A DNA stretch of 63,918 nucleotides, filler included, from Chiloscyllium plagiosum (lineage: Eukaryota): NCBI RefSeq assembly GCF_004010195.1. It is 5 parts of one record of this genome, joined end to end, with 100 filler letters (N's around TTAATTAATTAA, not from the genome) between each part and the next. Parts side by side here need not be neighbours in the genome. Positions count along the whole stretch, not along the records: positions 15,145 to 29,029 come from NC_057713.1; positions 29,130 to 44,922 come from NC_057713.1; 3 more parts are not named here. One strand, 5' to 3'. A program made the translations under genes and the position numbers. The notes beneath the pieces are model-generated. The model saw only the letters and a program-made list of their open reading frames with translations, ran no database searches and was not told where the DNA came from. Positions 22,153 to 35,581 of the stretch are shown here, in pieces (the stretch's first letter is position 1; every line of letters begins with the position of its first letter).

Positions 22153-23929
22153 AAGAGCCACCTCTTAACCTCCTTCTCTCCAACAAAAACAGCCTCAGTT
22201 ACCTCAGCCTTCATCCTTAGACTTTCATTCCATACCAGGCAACATCCTCGTAAATCTCCTCTGAATCCTTTCCAAAGCTTCCACATCCTTCCTATAATGT
22301 GGTGACCAGAACTGCATGCAATACTTCAGGTGCAGCCTTTCCAGTGTCTTGTACAGCTGAAGCATGACCTCGTGGCTCCAAAACTCAATCCCCCACTAAT
22401 AAATGCCAACATACCATTTGCTTTCTGAATAACCCTATCAAATTGGGTGGCAACTTTTGGGGATTTATGCACCTGGACACTGAGATCTCTCTGCTTATTT
22501 ACACTGCCAAGAATTTTACCATTAGCCCCGTACTCTGCATTCCTGTTATTTTTTCTGAAGTGAACTACCTCACACTTTTCCGCATTAAACTCCTTTTGCC
22601 ACTTCTCAGCCTAGCTCTGCATCTTATCTATGTCCCTCTGTAACCCACAACATTCTTCAGCACTATCCACAACTCTGCCCACCTCACTAACCCATCCTTC
22701 GATTCCCACATCAGATCATTTATAAAAATAACAAATAGCAGTGGCCTCAAAATAGATCCTTGAGGCACACTACTGGTAACTGAGCTGCAGGATGAACATT
22801 TCCCATTAACCACCACCCTCTGTCTTCTTTCAGCTTGCCAACTTCTGATCCAAACAGCTAAATCACTTTCAATCCCAAAACTCCATATTTTGTGCAATAG
22901 CCTAACATGTGGAACCTTATCAAACTCTTTACTGATGCCCATATGTACCAAATCAACCGCAAAACCTTCATATACCTGTTTTGTCATCTTCTCGAAGAAC
23001 TTAGGAAAATTAGTGAGGTACGACCTACCCTTCACAAAACCATGTTGACTATCCATAATGAAATGATTCCTTTCCAGGTGATTATAAAGCCTATCTCTTA
23101 CAATCTTTTCCAATACCTTATCCATAACCAAAGTAAGGTTTACTGGCCTATAATTACAAGGGTTGTCCCAATTCCCCTTCTTAAACAAGGGAACAACATT
23201 TGCTATCCTACAGTTTTCTGGCACTACTCCTGTCGACAATGATAACACAAAGATCGAAGCCAAAGGCTCTGCAATCTGCTCCCTGGCTTCCCAGAGAATC
23301 CGAGGATAAATCCCATCCGGCCCAGGAGCCTTCTCTTATTCAGATCTTCCAAAATTACTAAAGCCTCCTCTTTGTTAACCTCAATCCCATCTAATCTTGT
23401 AGCCTGTAACTCCGTACTCTCACTAACATTGCCTTTTTCCAGTGTGAATACTGACAAAAAGTATTCATGAAGCGCTTCTCCTATTTCCTCACACACACAA
23501 CTTTCCACTACTATCTTTAATTGACCCTAATCTTACTCTCGACTCTGACGCCAGTTTAATATGATTTAGTAAAGTTGACACGTAGCGAAGGCCTTATCAA
23601 CACTACGCTTGTTAAGAAGCAGCAGGCCAAACATTGGTAGGAAATGGATATGCTTTTATTTTAAAATGGTTTTCCTTTTGGATTAAGAAGAAGAGCAGAT
23701 CGAATTTTTGCATCTGACAAAGGAATATGGAGACTCCTCCGCCCTGCGCTTTCCTTCCTTCATTATCAATTATGAACTCACACTTTCTGACCTAGAATGT
23801 CCTAGCCAGCTTCCTACACCTGAAAGTTAAAACTACTATGATACCCGTATCAATAGGATTGTTGCTTGGTAAATTAGAGAAAAATATATTCAAGTATCTT
23901 CAATTGTCGCATAAGACCTGAAAAAAGCT

Positions 23930-24570
23930 GGCAATATGTGCTTAGATTCTCTGGAGTTTAAAATAATGAGAGGTGAACTTATTGAAGAGTATAACATTCT
24001 TCGGGCGCTTGCCCAGTCTGATATTGGGTAGCCATTTCCTCTGTCTGAATAATTTGAAATGTTGGATCATCATTTGATGATGAGGTTTAGCCATTTAGGA
24101 CAGAGATTAGGTGACTTTTTTTTCCACTTACCTGGTTGAGAAATTTTTAAACGTTCTTCCACAGAAGGTTGTAGATGTTCAGTTGAGAAAGCTAATAACA
24201 ACAATAGATTGTTGGGTACAAGTGTCCTCCCTTATCTGCCGGTGATGCATTCCAAGACCTACCGTGGATGTCCGAAGTCACGGATAATAGCGAAACCTAT
24301 CATTTAAATGGGAAATTTACCTCCCCGGCAGCCCCCTAGAATTATTTCTGGAATGTTCCATGCAATATTTTTGAGCTGCAGTAAACCGCGGATAACTAAA
24401 ACCGCAGAAACTGCATCTGTGGATACAGGCATTCTACTGTGTTAAGGAATTCAAAGAATAAGGAGAGAACATGACAAGTTGAATTGAGAAAGAAGGCCAG
24501 CGATGATTTTTTGGATTAGGCTTAATGGACTGAAAGGTCCAAGTCATGCTTATACTCTAAACTCCTTATA
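23930..24570 (+). mobile_element. Old CR1 3' fragment
   Basis: MRGELIEEY-like segment and CR1 3' UTR, split by a MITE. Confidence 0.65.
24219..24439. mobile_element. Tigger/pogo-like MITE
   Basis: TA then CAAGTGTCCTCCCTTATCTGC ... GTGGATACAGGCATTCTACTG degenerate TIRs; host CR1 resumes on both sides. Confidence 0.65.
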
Positions 24571-25155
24571 ATTAAATGTAACAAATTCTTTATCAATAAG
24601 TCAAAAATTAATTTATTGTGATTAATTGTTAATTAATTTTTTGACTACTCTGTTGATCACATAACATTACAACAACCAAGAGACTCCATGTTTGTTGATA
24701 AACTTTCTTCAATTCTTGTTAGAAAACCATGTAGTGGTCTGTGTAAGTGCATAAGATATCAAAAACTTCAAAAGATCTTTTGCTCATTGAAGTTCATCGC
24801 TCCATAATATTGATTTTCTCATTATACCATTTAACAGTATTTTGAGTAACATAAAAGTTAATCCATTTATTTCCTTGATTAGTGGACTGTTCTAAATATT
24901 TATCATTTTGGTGCAAAGATGTGCTCCTGATATTCAATTTTATTTTACTTCTCATTGATTTCTAGCTAGTACTGCTTGGTTGACTCCCACTTAATGATTT
25001 TTATAACTTGATTAGCCTTCTCACTGTCACTCATACATAAATCCAGTTCCTGTTTGTCAAGATTTGTCAACTGCGTCAAGTACCTCTGTTGTAAGTTGTA
25101 ACAGAGTACAGTAACTGATTCAGCTTCTCAGGCCATTTACAGATTGAAAAATGCT

Positions 25156-25596
25156 CGGGATGTAGGTTTGCTCATTGAGCTGGAAAGTTCATTTCCAGAC
25201 TACTAGGTAACATTTTCAGTGGGCCTCAGGCTAAGCACTGCTGATAAATCCTGCTTTCTATTTATATGTTTGGGTTTCTTTGGGTTGGTGATGTCATTTC
25301 CTGCAGTGAAGTCACTTTATGTTCTTTTTCTCAGGGAGTGGTAGGTGGGGTCCAACTCAATGCATTTGATGATAGAGTTCTGGTTGATGACATCACCACA
25401 AGAAATGACATCACCAACCCAAAGAAACCCAAATATATAAATAGAAAGCAGGACTTATCAGCAGTGCTTTGCCTGAGGACCACTAAGATGTTACCTTGTA
25501 GGGTGATGAAACATCTGGAAAAGAACCTTCCAGCTCAGCGAGCAAATCTATATCCAGAACCTCGACCTGAGCTACAAATCTTGTCAAAATTTGTTA
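25156..25596. mobile_element. Palindromic Penelope-derived element, family C
   Basis: Inverted arms of about 150 bp with decayed hammerheads; TSD TGAAAAATGCT at 25145-25155 and 25597-25607. Confidence 0.85.
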
Positions 25597-25804
25597 TGAA
25601 AAATGCTTATATGCACTCATATGTTAAGTTCTGAGTCTAAATTTTATTTTCTTCAGCAAAAGCATTTTTTGTAAACCTTCCTTTGAGAGAAATATGATTG
25701 TATCAAGTCACATTTTAAAAGTTGACACAGTATTGACAGTAGACAGTACTATGTGCAATTGTCACTGTTATGTAAGTAATTGGACCACTTCTAGAAAATA
25801 AGAT

Positions 25805-25929
25805 AAAGTGAGGACTGCAAATGCTGGATATCAGAGTCGACAAGTGTGATGCTGGAAAAGCACAGCAGGTCAGACAGCATCCGAGGAGTAGGAAAGTTGA
25901 CATTTCAAACATAAGCTCTTCATCAGGAA
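25805..25929 (-). mobile_element. Family A element
   Basis: Family A body plus CCTGATGAAGAGCTTATGTTTGAAATGTC. Confidence 0.8.
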
Positions 25930-27029
25930 GGAAAAAAATACCAATGACTTTGGCTGAATAAGCCCATGGAGAAAGATGGTTAACAAGATATCCAAGAGTG
26001 GAATTTGAGCAAATAGTTTATTTCTTTAACGGGGCATTCATAACTTGCAAGTTGTGAAACACAACAAAGGTAACCACAGACAATCTGATAAGATGCTGAG
26101 GATAACCATGGGAGCTCTAATGATTGTCAAATGATGATGATGAATGTTTTATTGTATTGTCATAAAATCGCACAATGTTCTATTTTGACAATTTGCCTTT
26201 TGAATGCAATTTGACTACTGCCATGCACGCAAACTGTACTCAAATTGCATTGTGCTTTTAATGAAGGTCAACAACAGCATGCAAAGGTCGCACATGGAAA
26301 TAAGCTTCAAATTTAAATATTCTTAAATATTCCTTAAATTAACCTCAGCATGCAAAGATGTGAATAAGAAACAGCAGTGAACTAGGAAAGACCATGAACC
26401 CCCAAGCCCATTCGTTCAAATAATAACTAATTATGATCGCGTTTCATGGGTTTTGCTCAATGCATTTATTATTTTTTATTTCATTTTGTTTTTAATTATG
26501 CTCCAATTCTACACCTTCATAAGATCTGCGTATTACCCAGATTGTTTGTTGGCTAAGAGAGTGTGAAACCTTTTCTCATCTCACTACTGCATTGTAACCA
26601 ATTACTGCTAGTGCCCAAAGTGAACTGGAGTAACCCCCTTATTAAACCTTCCTCAATGTGAAGCATTCTTTCCTTTTCGAGCAGCAGTAAAACCCTCAAA
26701 GAAGGAAATTGATGTCTTGAGTTCACACTCGACAAGTCAATTCTACAAATTATTTCATACTGTTAATCAAAATTTTTCTTCTTTATTTTATGAAAACTAC
26801 ACTAATCTGTTCTTTAAAGTTTCCATATTACCATATGTGATGGATAGATGTTTCTTTAATGGTAATGTTACTGCTCAATTATGAGATTTCTTTTTGAGGA
26901 GCTGTTGTCATCATTTGGAGGTTTCACCTTTATGTAGATACTTTCAAAATAATCAAGATGGTAACATGGCTCATCTTTTTGTATTAATTGGCAAGATTAA
27001 CCAGAGGGATTTTTCTTTTTATTAATCAT

Positions 27030-27840
27030 TAGTTCGATGTGGGTGTCACTGGCTGGGCCAACATTTATTTCCCATGACTTATTGCCCTTGAAAGTGGGGT
27101 GCTGAGCTGCAGTCCATTTAGTAGATGTTGACCTACGAAGTCATCAGGAAGGGGGTTCCACGATTTTAATCCATTATCACTGAAGGAACAGCTATATATC
27201 TATAGACTCAATATGTGTAGCATGGAGGTGTACTTGCAGTTGGTTCCCAAGTATCTACTGACCTTTTCTGTTGATATGGCATTGTTTGTGAGTTTGGAAG
27301 GCACTGTTTAAGGATCTTTGGCAAATTTCTGCAGTGTGTCTTGTAGATAGTATACATTGCAGCTACTGAACATTGTTGGTAGAGGCAATGAATGTTTGTA
27401 GTTGTGGTGACAATCAAATGGGCTGCTTTGTCCTGGATGGTGTCTTGTTTCTTGAGTGTTGTTGGAGCTGCATTAATCCAGACAAGTGGGGAATATTTCA
27501 CCACACTCCTGACTTGTGGCTTATGGATGGTGGAGGCAGGAGGTGAGTTACTCATTGCAACATTCCTAGCCTTTGACATGCATTTGCAGTCACAGTATTT
27601 ATATTGTGATTCCAATTGAGCTACTGGTCAATAGTAACCCCCAAGAAGTTGATAGTGTGGGATTCAGTGGTAGTAATGTCACTAAACATTAAGGAGCAAC
27701 GGTTAGAATCTCTTATTGGAGATGGTCAATTGCTGCATTTGTGTGACACGAATGTTACTTGCCACTTATCAGCCCAAACCTGGATATGCTACAGCTCTTC
27801 TTGCAATTTTGGGCAGAAATTGCTTTAGTATCTGAAGTAT
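27030..27840 (-). mobile_element. Old CR1-clade LINE 3' part
   Basis: HKPQVRSVVKYSPLVWINAAPTTLKKQDTIQDKAAHLI. Confidence 0.75.
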
Positions 27841-28583
27841 CATGAGTATAAAGTCAGAATGAAGCATAAAATCAGCTTTTACATGCACATAGTTAATGTT
27901 CAGTTCAATCTTTCAATTGCTACACACAACATAATAAACCAAAATTATCTCCAAAGTATAAAATAGATAGGATTCTTTGGTTGCTGCAACAAATTGCACA
28001 CTGCTTGAAAAGCCTTCTCCAGTGTCTCTGTTAGAGTGAATGTTTTGTCATCCCATGAGCAGATTTATCCAAGTCCCATAATATCCCATTATCCTTCCTT
28101 TCTAATACCTTTCATTTCTGCAAAAGCAGAATATTGTGACTACTGGATTCACTGAAGATACAAGCAGATCTGGGATGGACCTGCGGATGGACAAGGCAGG
28201 ACAGGTAACTTTCCAGGAGAATATTGGGCATACTTAGAGATTTAACAACTTCTAAGCGAGGTAGGGAAAGCTGGGGCCCTGTGAAGAAAGAACAAAAGAA
28301 GCGATCTGTGACGGAATGAAAGGCAGGACACATGAACTAATAAAAGACTAATGATGCAAGGCAAAAGGAAGTGATAATGCAACAAGCAGAGAAATAAAAG
28401 ATGTGTTTAGTGGTAGTGTGATTGGGGGAGAAAAAAACAGCAGAACACAACCAACATAAATAAATTGTATGCATTTCAAAATAAATTTGGGCCAGATGGT
28501 ATTATGAAGGAGTATGACCATCCGACATTTGCTGCTAATTTAATTCAATTTCTGCTGAAATCCTGCCTCTGTTTTTGTGATCA

Positions 28584-29029
28584 ACATAGAACATAGAACA
28601 TAGAAAAATACAGTGCAGTACAGGCCCTTTGGCCCTCGATGTCACGCCGATCTAAGCCCACCTAACCTACACTAGCCCATTATCCTCCATATGCCTATCC
28701 AATGCCCGCTTAAATGCCCATAAAGATGGAGAGTCCACCACTGCTACTGGCAGGGCATTCCATGAACTCACGACTCGCTGAGTAAAGAACCTACCCCGAA
28801 CATCTGTCCTATACCTACCACCCCTTAATTTAAAGCTATGCCCCCTCGTAATAGCTGACTCCATACGTGGAAAAAGGTTCTCACGGTCAACCCTATCTAA
28901 ACCCCTAATCATCTTGTACACCTCTACCAAGTCACCCCCAAACCCTCTTTTCTCCAATGAAAACAGCCCCAACTGCCTCAGCCTTTCTTCATACGATCTT
29001 CCTACCATACCAGACAACATCCTGGTAAA
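28584..29029 (-). mobile_element. Young CR1 3' end
   Basis: Uninterrupted SYEERLRQLGLFSLEKR..GDLVEVYKMIRG..FFTQRVVSSWNALP; (TTCTATG)3 tail. Confidence 0.93.
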
Positions 29030-29129
29030 NNNNNNNNNNNNNNNNNNNNNNNNNNNNNNNNNNNNNNNNNNNNTTAATTAATTAANNNNNNNNNNNNNNN
29101 NNNNNNNNNNNNNNNNNNNNNNNNNNNNN
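29030..29129. other. Assembly gap spacer
   Basis: 44 N + TTAATTAATTAA + 44 N. Confidence 0.98.
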
Positions 29130-29384
29130 ACATAGATCTAGTTACCATCTATCATCCCCTCAGAAAACGAACAGGAAATGACACCACCACAAACCCCAGG
29201 AACCCCATCCAGGATAAACATATAAATAGAAAGCAGGAGACAACAGCTTCGCTTCACTTGGAGGTCGCCACTGATGATGTTACCTCGCCAGGTAATGAAA
29301 CGTCTGGATATCAAACCTACAGCTCAGTGAGCAGACCTACACCCTAAGCCTCAATCTGAGCTACAAACCTTCACAAACCTTGCT
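29130..29384 (+). mobile_element. Penelope-like element 3' end (family C)
   Basis: Shares GGAAATGAC..ATAAATAGAAAGCAGGA..CAGCTCAG.GAGC..CTGAGCTACAAA with 25400-25596. Confidence 0.82.
29268..29307 (+). ncRNA. Minimal type I hammerhead ribozyme motif (family C)
   Basis: CCA-CUGAUGA-U-GUUACCU-CGCC-AGGUAAU-GAAA-CG-UC-UGG: core intact, 7-bp stem II, 3-bp stem I. Confidence 0.82.
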
Positions 29385-29609
29385 TATGTTCTTATGTTCA
29401 ATGTTTGGTGTCCAGAAAACAATTTCAAAGATTGTGGATGAGACCAAATTTGGAATTTTATACCTATCTCCAGAATTATGCTGAGCTGACATACCAATGT
29501 GTTTGTGTGTATCAGGAATTTATTCACAGTATTTAAAATATCTGCTCTCTCATGCTTCCAGCAAGTTTCCCGGTTTGGCTTCACTAGCAGTGAACAAGTA
29601 CATAATCAA

Positions 29610-30130
29610 ACACTGCAAGAAGTATTGTGAGTTAGGAGCAGGATAGCACAGGATTAAGCAATGGAATAGGTTGGAAGAAAAGAACAAATATGTGGCAGAT
29701 GAAATTTAATGCAGGAAAGTGTGAAGAGATTAGTTTTGGTAAAAAGAACAGGGCAACATGATATAAAATCAAGTGTACAATTCTAAAGTGTGTGTAGAAG
29801 TAGAAGAAAATAGGGATATGTGTGCATAAATCATTAAAGGTGGCAGAGCAGATTGAGAAAGTGGTTGATAGATCATACAGAATCCTAGGCCTTATAAGTA
29901 AGGGCACAGGTACAAAATCAAGGTCATTGTCTTAAACCTGTATGTCAGTGTCATTTGGAGTGTTCTGTACTGTTCTGGACACCATGACTTCAGAAGGTTG
30001 TGAAGGCGAAAGAGAGAGTACAGAAAGAAATCTCACAAATGGTTCCAGGAACAAGAAATTTCAGTTAATTGAATAGATTGGAAAATGTGAACCATTTCTC
30101 TGTTGAGCAGAACATCGAAAAATCATGTAT
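29610..30130 (+). mobile_element. Old CR1 RT fragment
   Basis: WQMKFNAGKCEEISFG-like sequence. Confidence 0.65.
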
Positions 30131-30169
30131 GGATTATTTCATTGACAGCTGTGGTTATGCTGATTTCTA

Positions 30170-31100
30170 ATTTTCTTGGAAAAAATGGTGGCCTATCCTA
30201 AATGACTGCCGTCCATGAGAGCTAGATTTACCCACTATACTGATGGAAAGGGAGATCCAAGATTTTGACCCAGCAACAGGTGAGAAACAGCAAAGTAATA
30301 CCAAATCAGAATGACATGTATCTTGGTGGGGAATTGCTAATGGTAGCATTCCTGTGTGCTGTATCAGGATTCTTGCTAAGTTTCTGCAGTGCATCATATT
30401 AATAGAATACATTACTACCCACTGCACGTCAGTCATGATGGAGGGAATTTATGTTAAAGCTGGTGATTAAATAGGTTAGATTGGTCCTTGATGTTGTTGA
30501 GATTTTTGAGTGTTTTTGGAACTGCGCTCATCCAGGCAAGCAGAAGTGTATTCTATCACACTTCTGGCTTCTGCCTAATGGATAAGATTGTAGAGAAATA
30601 AGGTGGGTTTCTTGCCACAGATTTGCTCTTGTAATTGTTGTATTTGTGGCTGGTCCAGTTCAGATTTTGGTTAATTGCAATCTCCAAGCTGTTGCTTGTG
30701 GGAAACTCTACCACGTCAATGTCAATGAAAGATGGTTAAATTCTGTCTTCTTCAAGATTATCATTACATGGTAAGAGTGTGGTGTAAGTGTTACTGCAGT
30801 TATCAGTCCCAGCATAAATGTTGTTTAGGTATTGCTAAATATGTCAACATGGACTACTTCAAATTCTGTGATGTTGCCAATGATGCTAAACATTGTGCAA
30901 TCAGCAGCAAACATCCCAACTTTATGATTGTGAGTAGGTCTTTTGGAAGTAAGTGGAGATGGTTGAGCCCAGGAAAATATCCTGAAGAGCGTCTGCAGAC
31001 TTGTTCTGAGGCTAAGATGATTGATCTCTGAAAATCATAATTGTTTTTCTTTGTGCAAAATATGCTTTCCCCAATTTCCATTGACTCTGTGTTTTCTCGT
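30170..31100 (-). mobile_element. Old CR1-clade LINE fragment
   Basis: Nucleotide similarity to 27030-27840. Confidence 0.5.
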
Positions 31101-33204
31101 CTTTGAGGATAGGGATATTGTGGAGCTTCTTTGTCGGGTTTGTTGGTTGATTGTCTACAACCATTCATGACTCAATGTGGCGGGCCGATAGGGAGAGAAT
31201 TTCAAAAGCATGCATGTCAGGAGTGAGTGGAATGAGAAAAAAAAAGTTCCCATTGATGGAGCAATGGAGAATCAAGTGGCATAAAATTAAGATAATTGAT
31301 TTGTCAACCAATCATTACATGCAATTTAAAAAAAAACTTAATCATCATTGGAAGAGAAAAAGAAATGCACGTCTGAGGAAAAGGAGGGAAGAAGCACTAC
31401 AAGAATTGCTCTTACAGAATCGCTGAATTTTTATAGGGTAGAAGAAGGCCATTTGACCCACTGTGCCTGCATGAAGAGAACTAGAACAGCAAGTTAGCAC
31501 AGACATGGTAGTTGAATGGCTTGTTTTTTTGCTGCAATCATTCACTTATTCTATGTTTGTGTTCCTTTGAAGCTTGTCTCTCTGCCGTAAGATGAAGCCT
31601 GGTGGATATGTATTATATATGTGTCAAGATTCATCAGCTCCTTACTCTTGCAGCAGTTTTAATTCTACTCAGCACAGAATAGAGATCAAACCAAGAGGCC
31701 TCAATACTCTGTATCCTTTAATTCCATAATGAAGGGCGTAATTGCAATGTGACTCAATAGAAAGAAATACAGCTCGAGGCCTCTGACAATGCTGCACAGT
31801 GCAGAATGAATTTGTACTGACTGCTGACTGGTGGATTCCCACAAAGAACAGGTAATTTCCAGCCATCTGTATTTCTGGAAAAGTCCTGTATTATATCTTG
31901 CTGACAGCAGCAAGAGACACAAATTAAAGCTAAGGTAGAGACATGCTATACAAAAACATACAAAAAAAAAACCCAGAGGCAAGTTTTTGTCCTTGGATGA
32001 CTGGTTGCTTAATATTAATCAGGTGGTAAATGGAGGATGGATTGCTGGAATTCTCAACGGGATTACCAGAAAAGAATTAATGTGGTCCTAGACTGCTGAT
32101 GTAGTTGTTTCTTCAAGAAATACAACTGACAGATTCACTGTGCTTTTCCATTTTTACGATTCAAACTTGCAATTGAATTTTCTTTTCTGCCACACAGGGT
32201 TCTCCTCTATCATACTTACCCATTCAAGTCATTCCGACAAAATGGGCAACTGGAACATCAGGATCTTGAAAGGTGCCTGACAAAATTTAAAGGATTATAA
32301 ATAATAGATCTTATCCTGAAATTGCTAATAATTTATTAATGGACAAATGGTGAATGTCCTCAAGTGATCTTCTTCTGTTAATTTTATTAACCTAGTCAGT
32401 AATCCAGTTTTTAAATCAATGGATTTCTTTAATTGAACGATAGCCAAATCAACAATATAGAATCCTAAATTCATAAACAACTACAGTTTAGAACAGGGCC
32501 ATTCAGTATTACCGGTCCCCATCCATTTGGCATTCTATCCCATCATCAACTGACACCATACTCCCTCACCTACTTGGTTGCCTACCTTTCCACTTACCTA
32601 CTACCCTATCCCTAACTGACTTTGCACCCTATCTTTCTCAACTACACCCCCTGACATAACCTCTCTCAATAACTGCCAAAGAAGCAATTTAGCACCTTTT
32701 AAACCATGAAAATATCAGATTTATTGCTGCAAAAGAGTCCATGGTTTTAAAGGTGTTTCATTGTGCTGCTGTCTGTGTGGAATTCCTTGAGTGTGTTATG
32801 TTAGTTTGGCTAGGAATGCTCTCAGCCTGGAAATTCAGCCCCAAAACTCTTTCAAAGATCAGATTTGTTTGCCTGGTCTGGTTTAGAAGTAGGGATTCCA
32901 ACCCAGTTCAGATCATTCAGTCAATGAAATGAGCTTTCAAGGTGTAGTGATCTGTCAAATGTACGAATTCTCTGCTCTTCACGTCTCACTGTTTTGAGTT
33001 TTTCTTTGCTTGGAATGGTCACCCATTCATTTCAATGAGTAAACTGACCATGAGAAAGAATGGGTGAAAGCAAACAAGCAAAATCAATTGAAGTATTTTG
33101 ATGATGAAAGTATTAATAAGGAAAATCATGATCAATTGAGAGCATGTCACTATTTTTAGGAAGCTTGAGAAAATCCATGGTGAGATTTCTTAATATTTTG
33201 CTTA

Positions 33205-33500
33205 AAAGAAGAAAGAGCTTGGCATGTTAAAAAGAGCTTTCACATTTGCAAGGCAGCATTAAGTGTTTTACACCCATCAGTTATTTGTGAAATATAATCA
33301 CTTTAAATATAAGCAAACCTGACATCCAAATTGTCCTGCCGACAACAAGGAGACAGTAAAACTGTTTTAGTTTTGGTGCTGCTGGTTGAGGGCTAAATGT
33401 TTGCCCAGGAGACTTTTAATTGTGTTCTGAGAATAAACAGATAAAGGCTAAGGTTTAAAGTTTCATCGAATAAAAAGCATCTTCAATTTGAAACAGACAC
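33205..33500 (-). mobile_element. Ancient Deu-domain SINE-like remnant
   Basis: GGTTTAAAGTTTCATCGAATAAAAAGCATC resembles the Deu core; L2-like tail complement. Confidence 0.4.
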
Positions 33501-34129
33501 TATTATCACTGAGAGGGAGATAACTGCGCCTCAATTTGGGCCATGTTAAAGAAATATTTCAGAAAAATTGATGGAAACTAAACCATTTAGGAAGGATTGA
33601 GATCAAACTGGGAAAAATAACCTTGAGCTTAAATGGCTTGATGGTCAATTTTAGCTGAGATATTTTCACAAGCAATTTAAGAGTGATTTCAGGAACAATC
33701 TTCATGCAAGTAGTGATCAATGCTTGAATGGGCTTTTGAATATAACACAGAAACAAGCTTTAGATTCAATGATCTAGATTCAAGATCAGGTTAAATGATA
33801 GAATGACTTAGTGTGTATTTTTCTAAGTTAATTGTTTTTATTTGTTCTCATCCTCTGTTATGATTAAATTGTAAATTTATATCAGCAAGTAATTTCATTC
33901 ATCACACCTGGAGATTGGATTCCTCCCAGTCAGGGTACAATCCATGACAGCACGTATTGCAAGTGCCTAATGAGACCGAATGTTCAATGCTGTCAAGCTG
34001 TCCTCCAGTCGCCTTCCTGCCTTAACACCATTGTCCTCCAGAGGATTGACAATGTTGTGCCTTTTTGACTCTTGGTATATTTTTCAAGTTTTCCTGAAAG
34101 TAATTAAATTTACCTTGGCTATTCCGGGA

Positions 34130-34265
34130 AAACTATTAGATAAGCATATGGACGAGAATAGAATAATGTTGGTTAAAGGGGCTTCAGATTGATTTCACAG
34201 TTTTGCGCAACATCGAGGGCCGAAGGGCTGTACTGCGCTGTAATGTTCTTTGTTTTATGTTCTAA
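34130..34265 (+). mobile_element. CR1 3' UTR/tail fragment
   Basis: GCAACATCGAGGGCCGAAGGGCTGTACTGCGCTGTAATGTTCT. Confidence 0.75.
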
Positions 34266-34557
34266 CTCACTATCTGCCTGCATGAAATCCTGGGACACAG
34301 ACAGTGTAAAGCATGAGCACTTCAATACTGACTCATAGCAACATTTGTGGCTTCTCAGACAATAGAGAGCATTCAACTGAATATATAGGACAGGATTAAT
34401 GTGGTCAATTACTCCAGAGGGGGAGGAAATGAATGATCTGAAGCACTATTGTAACCAAAGTCTCAGACTATAGAACATGGTTCAACCGGCCACACTGTCA
34501 CTGCCCACAATGTTTTCTTCAACTCAGCAATCCTGCTCATTGTTATCTCAGACTTGT

Positions 34558-34640
34558 AATTCCTAATGAAGGGCTTATGCCCGAAACATCGATTCTCCTG
34601 TCCCTCGAATGCTGCTTTTCCAGCACCACACTCTCGATTC
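34558..34640 (+). mobile_element. Family A element, mutated hammerhead
   Basis: CCTAATGAAGGGCTTATGCCCGAAACATCG. Confidence 0.75.
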
Positions 34641-35036
34641 TTGGACATGGAAACCTGTCTCTGATGGTGATAGTTCAATGCAAGCCTCATCGAAGACTGA
34701 TGGTGAAGAGAATGGCTGAAGATATTGGCTGTCAAACGTAGGCAAGTTTGTAAAGGTCTTTACTCTTTTCGCTAATGGTTGAGTGGGTGATAGGGTGAAT
34801 GAGTGACTGAGTCAGTAAGTCAATGAGTAGGTCATCAGGGAGTAGATGTTGCTTTGCATGCAGGGGTAGGGGGAGGGATCACTGTTGATTGCCGAGCCTC
34901 TTGTGCTCAGTTCAGTGAAACTGTCCAAATTAAAGTATTAACCCAAATATTAACTAGAACAATAGCCTAGATTTGCTGCTGAACAGTCCTTATTTCGGTG
35001 TAGGTTGGAGTTGAACAAAGGTACCCTGTGAAAACT

Positions 35037-35230
35037 GTGGTGCTGGAAAAGCACAGCAGGTCAGGCAGCATCCAAGGAGCAGGAGAATTGATGTTTCGGG
35101 CATAAGCCCTTCATCAGGAATGCCCAAAATGTTGATTCTCATGCTCCTCGGATGCTGCCTGACCTGCTGTGCTTTTCCAGCACCACACTCTCAACTCTGA
35201 TCTCCAGCATCTGCAGTCCTTACTTTCCCC
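35037..35230. mobile_element. Palindromic family A element
   Basis: Inverted arms around 35120; degenerate TSD TACC.TGTG.AA.CT at 35022-35036 and 35231-35245. Confidence 0.85.
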
Positions 35231-35376
35231 TACCATGTGGAAGCTTCATAATAACACATCCTGAAGGAATTGTCCAGGATATTGAATTTTGCATTTATCA
35301 ATCTATGCCCGAAATCTTCTGTAAATCTCCATTTAAACTGGAGATTTTAGAGGGTTCCGATAACTTTAAGTAAAAT

Positions 35377-35581
35377 GTTACACGACACCGGGTTATAGTC
35401 CAACAGGTTTATTTGAAACCGCAAGCTTTTGGAGCCCCTGCTCCTTCCTCAGCTAGCTGCCTAAGGAAGGAATGGGCGCTCTGAAAGCTTGTGGTTTCAA
35501 ATAACTCTGTTGGACTATAACCTGGTGTTGTGCGATTTTTGACTTTGTCCACCCCAGTCCAATCCCGGCACCTCCACATCA
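35377..35581. mobile_element. Palindromic family B element
   Basis: Inverted arms around 35455; TSD TTAAGTAAAAT at 35366-35376 and 35582-35592. Confidence 0.85.

Larger units (their letters stand above)
21291..23545 (-). mobile_element. CR1 LINE (about 1.7 kb) with two nested insertions
   Basis: IANVVPLFKKG..NYRPVNLT..QHGFVKGRS..VPQGSILRPLLFVIFINDL; tail complement at 21291. Confidence 0.92.

Noticed and set aside
32199..32272. Candidate exon after a strong acceptor
   Set aside because: Weak donor (GTGCCT) and unrecognised peptide.
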